Of a stretch of DNA of 50,447 nucleotides, positions 44,195 to 50,447 are shown piece by piece. The notes beneath the pieces are model-generated. The model was not told the origin of the DNA. It worked only from the letters and a program-made list of their open reading frames with translations, and searched no databases. Each line of letters starts with the position of its first letter. The first letter of the stretch is position 1. The stretch comes from Oscillospiraceae bacterium (lineage in GTDB: Bacteria > Bacillota > Clostridia > Oscillospirales > Oscillospiraceae): positions 1-50,447 of the forward strand of contig JBGUHV010000068.1 in assembly GCA_045112425.1 (NCBI GenBank), given 5' to 3'. The translations under genes and the position numbers were made by a program.

Positions 44195-44210
44195 AGTCAC
44201 TGAACCATTT

Positions 44211-44247
44211 AAAACCGCCGCAGAGTTTTTCTGCGGCGGTTCTTTTG
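44211..44247 (+). terminator. Rho-independent terminator of the transporter gene
   Basis: AACCGCCGCAG-AGTTTTT-CTGCGGCGGTT followed by CTTTTG. Confidence 0.8.
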
Positions 44248-44260
44248 CTGTGCAGGCAAA

Positions 44261-44452
44261 GAGTGGAGCGTTGAGAGTGGAGAGTGGAGATGCGAGGTGT
44301 CGGCTGACGCCGACGGATTGGAATGCGGGTCATTCGTGAATGACCCCTACAAAAGGAGAACGCACTTCCCGTCTTTCGTAGGGGCGATTCACGAATCGCC
44401 CGCAAATTCAATTGCGCGAAGCGCTCCTTCAACTCCTAATTCCTAATTCCTT
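44261..44452. repeat. Mosaic element I (heptad arms + REPIN-like doublet)
   Basis: The left arm is built of AGTGGAG heptads and the right arm is AACTCCT AATTCCT AATTCCT. REP-like units at 44327-44350 (-) and 44378-44401 (+) lie head to head with a 27-nt spacer. The core is roughly 90 percent identical to the reverse complement of 48706-48848. Confidence 0.85.
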
Positions 44453-44454
44453 AT

Positions 44455-44484
44455 TTGCCTCATCTCCCACTTCTGTGGTATACT
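44455..44484 (+). promoter_or_regulatory. Putative promoter of the GTPase-NYN / ylmH / ttcA operon
   Basis: TTGCCT (44455-44460), 18-nt spacer ending TGG, TATACT (44479-44484). The -35 box abuts the right arm of element I. Confidence 0.4.
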
Positions 44485-44515
44485 TTGATTCGCAATCCAA
44501 CTCAGGAGTATTCTT

Positions 44516-47080
44516 ATGGACAACCTCGTTCCATCTTCATATCTCACGCTCGGCGTTTTGGCGCATGTGGACGCCGGGAAGACGACGCTCTCGGAGGCGA
44601 TGCTCTATCGCTGCGGGGCGAGGCGCGCGCTGGGGCGCGTGGATCACGGAGACGCGCTGCTCGACTATCACGCGCTCGAGCGCCGGCGCGGCATCACGAT
44701 CTTCTCCAAGCAGGCAAGATTCGACCTCGGGGAGGAGGTGCACGTCACGCTCCTCGACACGCCCGGCCACGTCGACTTCTCCGCCGAGATGGAGCGCGCG
44801 CTGCAGCCGCTCGATCTGGCCGTGCTCGTCATCAGCGCGGTGGACGGCGTGCAGGCGCACACCGAGACGCTCTGGCGCCTGCTGCAGCGCTATGAGATTC
44901 CGACCTTCCTGTTTGTGACGAAGATGGATCTCACAACGCGCTCCGAGACCGAGCTGATGCAGGAGCTGCGGCGGCTCGACCCCGGCTGCGTGGACTTCAC
45001 GGCCGCGCCGGACGAGATCTGGGAAAACGCCGCCATGACGGACGAGAATGCGCTCGAGACGCTGCTCGATTCCGGCTGCCTCGACGACGATCAGCTGCGC
45101 GGTCTCATCGCGCGGCGGCACGTGTTCCCCTGCGCCTTCGGCTCGGGGCTGAAGCTCACGGGCGTGGATGATTTTCTCACAATCCTGCGCCGATACGCCC
45201 CGCGCAACTCCTACGGCGCAGACTTCGGTGCGCAGGTTTTTCAGATTCTGCACGAGCCGCAGGCGGGGAGGCTCACCTGCCTCAAGGTCACGGGCGGCGC
45301 ACTCCGCGTGCGCGACACCATTACCTACTTAAACCGCCGCGGCGAGACCGTGACGGAGAAGGTCACCGCGCTGCGGCGCTACTCGGGCGAGAAGTTTGAG
45401 GCCGCGGACGTCATCCCGGCGGGCGACGTGGCGGCGGTGCAGGGGCTCTCCGAGACGTGGCCCGGGCAGGCGCTCGGCGAGGCGGAAACCGGCCTGCGCC
45501 CGGCGCTCGAGCCGGTGATGACCTACCGCGTGCTGCCGCCGGCGGAGCTGAGCGCGCGGGAGCTGCTGCCGCGGCTGCGCGAGCTCGAGGAGGAGGATCC
45601 GATGCTCCGCCTCGTCTGGGATGAGGAGCACCGCGAGATCCGCATGCAGCTGATGGGCGCGGTGCAGATCGAGGTGCTGCAGAGCCTGATCCGCGAGCGG
45701 TTCGACGCCGACGTGCGCCTCGACCAGCCGCGCATCCTCTATCAGGAGACGATCACCGCGCCCGTTGAGGGCGTGGGGCACTTTGAGCCCCTGCGGCACT
45801 ACGCCGAGGTGCATCTGCTGCTCGAGCCCGCAGCGCGCGGCGCGGGGATTCTGCTCGAGAGCCGCTGCCCCGAGGACGCGCTCGACCGCAACTGGCAGCG
45901 CCTCATTCTGACGCATCTGGCCGAAAAGACGCACCGCGGTGTCCTCACGGGCGCCCCGCTTACGGACGTGAAGATCACGCTCCTCGCCGGCCGCGCCCAC
46001 GCCAAGCACACCGAGGGCGGCGACTTCCGGCAGGCGACCTACCGCGCCGTGCGCCAGGGGCTCATGCAGGCAGAGAGTCTGCTCTTAGAGCCGCAGTACG
46101 CCTTTCGCCTCGCCGTGCCGACCGAGCAGATCGGCCGCGCCATCAGCGACATTCGCTTCAAACACGGCGTGTTTGAAGGGCCTGATACCGAGGGCGAGTT
46201 TTCCGTCCTCCGCGGCACGGCGCCGGTCTCCCTGATGGGCGATTACGCCGCCGAGGTCGCGGCCTACACGCGCGGACGCGGCAAGCTCTCGCTCGAGGCG
46301 GGCGGCTATGACGTCTGCCACAACGCCGACGCCGTGATCGACGCAATCGGCTACGACGCCGAGCGCGATACGAATAACCCCGCCGACAGCGTCTTCTGCG
46401 CGCACGGGGCGGGCACCGTGATCCCGTGGAATCAGGTACGGGAGTATATGCACATCGACACCGGCTTCGGCCGCGAGACCGAGCCCCCGCCCCCGGCGCC
46501 GCGCATCTTCCGGCGCAACCTCGATCTGGACGACAAGGCGCTCGAGGAAATTATGCTGCGCGAGTTCGGCCCGATCCGGCGGCGGGAATATAAAGCCCCC
46601 GTCGTGAACGCGGCGGATGACCCCGCCGATCTCTTCCACAGCCGCAAGCAGACGCTGATCGTCGACGGGTACAACGTGATCTTCGCGTGGGAGGAGCTCA
46701 AAACCCTCGCGCGGGATGATCTCGATCTCGCGCGGACGCGGCTGATGGACGTGCTGTCGAACTACGCGGGCTTTACGCAGCGGCGGCTGATTCTCGTCTT
46801 CGACGGCTACCGCGTGCGCGGAAACCCCGGCGAAAAGGGCGAATACAACAACATCCATGTGGTCTACACGAAGGAACACGAGACTGCCGACGCCTACATT
46901 GAGCGCATCGCAAACGACATCGGCAGAAACGAATCCGTCCGCGTCGTGACGTCGGACAGCCTCATCCGCATCTCCGCGCTCCGCTCAGGCGTGCTGCGCA
47001 CGTCGTCGACGGAGTTTCACGCCGAGGTGGCGCAGGTGGCCGAGCGGATCGAGCAGGCGATCAGGGATTTGAACCAATGA
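44516..47080 (+). CDS. EF-G/TetM-family translational GTPase fused to a C-terminal Rae1/YacP-type NYN ribonuclease domain
   Basis: Single 854-aa ORF with AGGAG upstream. G motifs AHVDAGKTT, RGITI, DTPGH, TKMD. TetM-like landmarks run through ~aa 640. Linker ETEPPPPAP. The last ~150 aa match B. subtilis YacP/Rae1 motifs (LIVDGYNVIFAW, LILVFDGY, YTKEHETADAYIERIA, VVTSD). Confidence 0.85.
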   Translation: MDNLVPSSYLTLGVLAHVDAGKTTLSEAMLYRCGARRALGRVDHGDALLDYHALERRRGITIFSKQARFDLGEEVHVTLLDTPGHVDFSAEMERALQPLDLAVLVISAVDGVQAHTETLWRLLQRYEIPTFLFVTKMDLTTRSETELMQELRRLDPGCVDFTAAPDEIWENAAMTDENALETLLDSGCLDDDQLRGLIARRHVFPCAFGSGLKLTGVDDFLTILRRYAPRNSYGADFGAQVFQILHEPQAGRLTCLKVTGGALRVRDTITYLNRRGETVTEKVTALRRYSGEKFEAADVIPAGDVAAVQGLSETWPGQALGEAETGLRPALEPVMTYRVLPPAELSARELLPRLRELEEEDPMLRLVWDEEHREIRMQLMGAVQIEVLQSLIRERFDADVRLDQPRILYQETITAPVEGVGHFEPLRHYAEVHLLLEPAARGAGILLESRCPEDALDRNWQRLILTHLAEKTHRGVLTGAPLTDVKITLLAGRAHAKHTEGGDFRQATYRAVRQGLMQAESLLLEPQYAFRLAVPTEQIGRAISDIRFKHGVFEGPDTEGEFSVLRGTAPVSLMGDYAAEVAAYTRGRGKLSLEAGGYDVCHNADAVIDAIGYDAERDTNNPADSVFCAHGAGTVIPWNQVREYMHIDTGFGRETEPPPPAPRIFRRNLDLDDKALEEIMLREFGPIRRREYKAPVVNAADDPADLFHSRKQTLIVDGYNVIFAWEELKTLARDDLDLARTRLMDVLSNYAGFTQRRLILVFDGYRVRGNPGEKGEYNNIHVVYTKEHETADAYIERIANDIGRNESVRVVTSDSLIRISALRSGVLRTSSTEFHAEVAQVAERIEQAIRDLNQ

Positions 47081-47820
47081 CGAACGAAGAACTCTTAAAG
47101 CGCGCGGACGATCTGGCCTCCCGCGCGGAAAGAACCGGCTCCGTGACGCACACGGCCTTTCTCACGCCGGCGGAGCAGTATCAGCTGCGCGCCTTTCGCC
47201 CGAGAGCCGACTGCCGCGTCGTGTTCTCCGGCGGCGTCGACGGCGCGGAGCGGCAGTGCGCCTTCTTCCTGCCGGACTGGATGGACGATGCGGACTTTGA
47301 CCCCGCCGAGACCATCCGCTGCATCCGCATCACGGCGCACTTCGGTGAGCCGGGGCACCGCGATTATCTCGGCGCGCTCCTGGGCATGGGCGTCGGGCGC
47401 GAGTGGATCGGGGATATCCTGATCGACGAGAGCGTCGCGCACGTTCTGTGCCTGCAGAGCGTGGAGGCGCATCTGCTCGGCATCGAGAAGGTGGGCCGCT
47501 GCGGCGTGAAGACCGCCGCCGTCGCCCTCCCGGACGTGCCCGTGCCGGAGCGGAAGGTGAAGAAAATTTCCTTCACGGTGCAGTCGCCCCGGCTCGACGC
47601 CGTGCTCTCCGGCCTCTTTCACCTCTCGCGCACGCAGGCCGCCGAGCGCATCCGCGCCGGCGACGCGAGCTTGAACTATGCCGAATGCCTCCGCCCCGAC
47701 GCAGATGTTCGCCCCGGCGACGTCGTGAGCCTGCGCGGATACGGCAAGGCCGCGGTGAAGGACCTCGGCGGTCAGTCCCGGAAGGGCAGAACGTATTTGA
47801 CCGGCGAGGTGTATCAATAA
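47077..47820 (+). CDS. ylmH: YlmH-like S4-domain RNA-binding protein
   Basis: 247 aa. FLTPAEQ, FSGGVDGAERQCAFFLPDW, HRDYLGALLGMGVGREWIGDI, PRLDAV and SLRGYGK parallel B. subtilis YlmH. The ATG overlaps the upstream stop (ATGA). Confidence 0.85.
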   Translation: MTNEELLKRADDLASRAERTGSVTHTAFLTPAEQYQLRAFRPRADCRVVFSGGVDGAERQCAFFLPDWMDDADFDPAETIRCIRITAHFGEPGHRDYLGALLGMGVGREWIGDILIDESVAHVLCLQSVEAHLLGIEKVGRCGVKTAAVALPDVPVPERKVKKISFTVQSPRLDAVLSGLFHLSRTQAAERIRAGDASLNYAECLRPDADVRPGDVVSLRGYGKAAVKDLGGQSRKGRTYLTGEVYQ

Positions 47821-47841
47821 CCCCGGAAAGGACTATTCTTT

Positions 47842-48675
47842 ATGCCCCGTGAACTCTCCCGCTCTGCGCTCATTGAGCGCAGCATCATCAAAACCTACCA
47901 CAAGCAGCTCTGGACGCCGTTTATCAATGCGCTCAAGCAGTATGAGCTCATCTCCCCCGGCGATAAGATCGCCGTTTGTATCTCGGGCGGCAAGGATTCG
48001 ATGCTGCTCGCGAAGCTCATGCAGCAGCTGCACCGCCACAGCGACGTGCCGTTCGAGCTTGAATACCTCGTGATGGATCCGGGCTACGCTCCGGCGAACC
48101 GCGCCAAAATCGAAGAGAACGCCGAGATTCTCGGCGTTCCGGTGACGATTTTTGAGTCCGACATTTTCGCCGTGGCGAACGGCGCGGAGAAAAACCCCTG
48201 CTATCTCTGCGCGCGCATGCGCCGCGGGGCGCTTTACGCCAAGGCGCAGGAACTGGGCTGCAATAAGATCGCCCTCGGCCACCACCGCGACGACGTGATC
48301 GAGACGACCGTGATGGCCATGTTCTACGGCGCGCAGCTGCAGGGCATGATGCCGAAGCTGCACAGCACGAATTTCCCCGGCATGGAGCTCATTCGCCCGC
48401 TCTACTGCGTGCGCGAGGAGGACGTCATCGCCTGGGCGAAGCACAACGAGCTCTCTTTTCTCCAGTGCGCCTGCCGCTTCACGGAGCGCACCGCCACCGC
48501 CGGGCACGAATCGGAGAGCAAGCGCAAGGAGGTCAAAAACCTCATCCGCACCCTCCGCGAGACGAACCCGGATCTGGAGAGCAATCTCTTCCACGCCATC
48601 CACGCCGTGAACTTGGATATGTTCCCGGGATATAAAACAAAAGGTGAAAAACATTCTTTCCTTGAGACATACTGA
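47842..48675 (+). CDS. ttcA: TtcA-family PP-loop ATPase (tRNA 2-thiocytidine synthase-like)
   Basis: 277 aa with PP-loop CISGGKDS. Cys motifs NPCYLCARMRRG and LQCACRF. 21 nt after ylmH. Confidence 0.8.
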   Translation: MPRELSRSALIERSIIKTYHKQLWTPFINALKQYELISPGDKIAVCISGGKDSMLLAKLMQQLHRHSDVPFELEYLVMDPGYAPANRAKIEENAEILGVPVTIFESDIFAVANGAEKNPCYLCARMRRGALYAKAQELGCNKIALGHHRDDVIETTVMAMFYGAQLQGMMPKLHSTNFPGMELIRPLYCVREEDVIAWAKHNELSFLQCACRFTERTATAGHESESKRKEVKNLIRTLRETNPDLESNLFHAIHAVNLDMFPGYKTKGEKHSFLETY

Positions 48676-48873
48676 GAGTGTGGAAGGTGGAGTGTGGAGT
48701 GTGGAGTTTAAAAGGGGAGCGCTTCGCGCGATAAAAAATTGCGGGCGATTCGTGAATCGCCCCTACGAAAGACCGGAAATGCGGTCTCCTCTTGTAGGGG
48801 TCATTCACGAATGACCCGCATTCAAATCCGTCGGCGCAAGCCGACACCATCACTCCACGCTCCTAACTCTACA
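48676..48873. repeat. Mosaic element J (inverted copy of element I)
   Basis: The GGAGTGT heptad arm starts at the ttcA stop codon. GCGCTTCGCGC hairpin. REP-like units at 48742-48765 (-) and 48793-48816 (+). GTCGGC-GCAA-GCCGAC hairpin. CTCC-type right arm. It lies between the ttcA stop and the terminator. Confidence 0.85.
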
Positions 48874-48876
48874 CTG

Positions 48877-48918
48877 AAACACACGCCGCAGATTTTGCTC
48901 TGCGGCGTGTTTCTTATT
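48877..48918 (+). terminator. Rho-independent terminator of the GTPase-NYN/ylmH/ttcA operon (overlaps 3' end of convergent gene)
   Basis: ACACGCCGCAG-ATTTTGCT-CTGCGGCGTGT followed by TTCTTATTT. Confidence 0.75.
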
Positions 48919-49534
48919 TGATTCGTTTCGCCCTTCCGGCTCTGACCTCAAACGCGCCTGCGCACCAGAGTCTGACTGCCTCGGGCAGGAGAATCCACTC
49001 CGCCTGGCGCAGAACGCGGCGCTGGAGCTTGACGGCGTCGTCATCGTCGCGCACCTCGACGGCCTTCTGCAGCAGCACGGCGCCGATGCCGCCCTGCTCG
49101 TCCACGAGATAGGCCGTGGCGCCGGTGAGCTTGAGCCCGCGGGCGAGCACCGCCTCGTGCACGGCGAGGCCGCGCAGGTCCTGAAACGCGGGCACCAGCG
49201 ACGGCTGCACCGCAATGATCTTGTTTCGGAAGGCCTTGGCCGTCTCGGGGCCGACGCCGGGATGGAACCCCGCGTCGATGACGAGATCGGCGTCGAGATC
49301 GCGGATCTTGTTGCGCACGGCGAGATCGAAGGTGCTCTCATTCGGGAAGACCTCGCGGTGGATGTCCACCGCCTCGATGCGCGCGTTGCGCGCGCGGGTC
49401 AGGGCGTTGGCCTCCGGGTCGGAGGAGATGACGGCGACGATCTCCAGCTCCGGAATTTCGCCGAAGAAGATGGAATCCAGCAGGCTCTGCAGCTTGGTGC
49501 CGCTGCCGGACGCGAGAACCACACAGCGAATCAT
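48914..49534 (-). CDS. PurN-like formyltransferase-fold protein with substituted catalytic residues
   Basis: 206 aa. VVLASGSGTKLQSLLDS and the overall layout align with E. coli PurN. However, the NIHPSLLP motif reads AVQPSLVP and DELDGGP reads DEQGGIG. The ATG overlaps the csaB stop (ATGA). Confidence 0.7.
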   Translation of the reverse strand: MIRCVVLASGSGTKLQSLLDSIFFGEIPELEIVAVISSDPEANALTRARNARIEAVDIHREVFPNESTFDLAVRNKIRDLDADLVIDAGFHPGVGPETAKAFRNKIIAVQPSLVPAFQDLRGLAVHEAVLARGLKLTGATAYLVDEQGGIGAVLLQKAVEVRDDDDAVKLQRRVLRQAEWILLPEAVRLWCAGAFEVRAGRAKRIK

Positions 49535-50447
49535 GTTGACGCGCTCCTTTCCAGCAGCCGGACGGCCGCCTCGCGGTTGATGCTTTCCTTTTGGTTGAGA
49601 AGCTCCGTGCGCCGGCGCAGCTCGCGCCCCTCGTTGCCGAGCTGGATGGCGCAGTCGATGAGGCCGGTGGCGTTCACAGCGTTGAGATTCTCAAGCTCCT
49701 GATAGTTGTCCTGTTCGATATAGTCGAGGAAGGCGGTGACCTTCGGGTCATAGCTCACGCCGGCGAGCGGCACGCCCTGCCCCGCGGCGAAGACCAGACC
49801 GTGCAGACGCATGCTCACGACAGCCTTCATCCGCGAGAGCACGCCGATGGTCACGCCCGACGACATGGGCTCCGCGATCACATGATACGGGATGCTCAGA
49901 TGCTGCGTGACGAGCTTGGCCGCCTCCCAGTCGGTGCGGTGGTTGATGCACACGAAGACGGGCGTGAGCTGATAGTTGAGATAGGCATAGACCGCCGCGG
50001 CGGCAAAGACCTTGCTCTTTTCCTCAAACCCGCGCCAGCGGCGCAGCACGAAGGCGATGTAATTGCCGCCGAGGGGGATGCCCGCGCGCTCGAGCAGGCG
50101 ATCCACCTGCGCGCGCGGCGCGCCCGGAAGCGTGAGCGCGGGGTCGGACGAGAGCAGCACCTCCGGCTCGGTCACGCCGAAGCGCTCGAGCACGCCGCGG
50201 CTGTCCGGCTCGCGCAGGGTGATGACGTCCACACAGCGGTTGAGCGTTTTGGCCACGAGCTTCTGATCGCGCGGATAGAGGATCGGGCCGATGCCGCAGC
50301 CGTACATCTGCACGGCGCAGCCGCACTCCTTCGCCTTGCGGATCGTATAGAGATAATACCAGAGACTGTAGCGGCTGGTGACGTCCTGCATGAGGTTGCC
50401 GCCGCCGTTGATATAGAGCTTCGAGGACTTCATGGCGCGGATCATGC
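49531..50447 (-). CDS. csaB: Polysaccharide pyruvyl transferase CsaB (5' end probably beyond the window)
   Basis: ...KLYINGGGNLMQDVTSRYSLWYYLYTIRKAKECGCAVQMYGCGIGP... is typical of CsaB. The reading frame is open to the window edge, and the usual ~60 N-terminal residues are missing. Confidence 0.8.
   Translation of the reverse strand, partial: MIRAMKSSKLYINGGGNLMQDVTSRYSLWYYLYTIRKAKECGCAVQMYGCGIGPILYPRDQKLVAKTLNRCVDVITLREPDSRGVLERFGVTEPEVLLSSDPALTLPGAPRAQVDRLLERAGIPLGGNYIAFVLRRWRGFEEKSKVFAAAAVYAYLNYQLTPVFVCINHRTDWEAAKLVTQHLSIPYHVIAEPMSSGVTIGVLSRMKAVVSMRLHGLVFAAGQGVPLAGVSYDPKVTAFLDYIEQDNYQELENLNAVNATGLIDCAIQLGNEGRELRRRTELLNQKESINREAAVRLLERSAST

Noticed and set aside
26901-44200. Other long antisense ORFs (26901-28424 -, 29380-30999 +, 30723-32105 +, 32000-33181 +, 32986-34431 +, 35736-36749 -, 36677-38935 +, 38896-40737 +, 40620-42302 +, 42515-44200 -)
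   Set aside because: Each mirrors a well-supported gene on the other strand (the DD-carboxypeptidase, rnfB to rnfC, GH2, the reductase, GT2, the CMK-like gene, the membrane protein, the transporter). All show the same R/A/G/D/H-rich composition and no translation signals.
44516-47080. Annotating the GTPase as a tet(M)/tet(O)-type tetracycline resistance gene
   Set aside because: Overall similarity to TetM is at the family level only. The domain IV loop residues associated with drug displacement are not conserved. The protein also carries an extra NYN RNase domain and sits in a translation-factor operon, with no mobile-element context such as a Tn916-like backbone.
1-50447. Prophage, IS element, integrase, toxin-antitoxin or known defence-system genes
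   Set aside because: I looked through all credible ORFs on both strands. None resembles a transposase, recombinase, phage structural protein or defence-system component. The only nuclease-like domain is the NYN fused to the GTPase.

Overview
GC-rich Firmicutes/Clostridia-type chromosomal segment. From gene content it is probably an Oscillospirales-like anaerobe (RnfCDGEAB, SLH proteins plus CsaB, zinc-type S14/L36); this is inference only. The left half is dominated by a complete S10-spc-alpha ribosomal protein supercluster on the minus strand (rpsJ to rplQ, 5768-21889, including secY, adk, map, infA, rpoA). rpmJ is missing from the ORF track and was found by hand. A partial SulP/STAS transporter and a large LRR / Cys-rich-repeat / 3xSLH surface protein lie to its left. 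To its right are: an envelope cluster (OmpR-type regulator, histidine kinase, SLH-anchored phosphodiester glycosidase, divergent DD-carboxypeptidase plus lipoprotein); rnfCDGEAB; a GH2 glycosidase; a membrane-anchored FMN_bind/FAD reductase; a GtrB-like GT2 operon; a lysine riboswitch controlling an NhaC-type transporter; and a degenerate PurN-like gene coupled to csaB. Two things stand out. (1) An operon encodes an EF-G/TetM-type GTPase fused in one ORF to a Rae1/YacP-type NYN endoribonuclease domain. It is translationally coupled (ATGA) to a YlmH S4-domain homologue and followed by a TtcA-like tRNA thiolase. I propose this as a candidate stalled-ribosome cleavage/rescue module. (2) A modular family of hairpin-rich mosaic repeats occupies most of the intergenic space (about 2.8 kb at 10 loci). 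It includes GTAG-headed REP/REPIN-like doublets, arms built from 7-nt tandem units, a 270-bp duplicated core and terminator-carrying modules. These repeats even sit inside the ribosomal supercluster (518 bp between rpsN and rpsH, 240 bp between rpsJ and rplC). No tRNA, rRNA, CRISPR array, transposase or integrase was recognised. The many long ORFs antisense to real genes are GC-driven artefacts.
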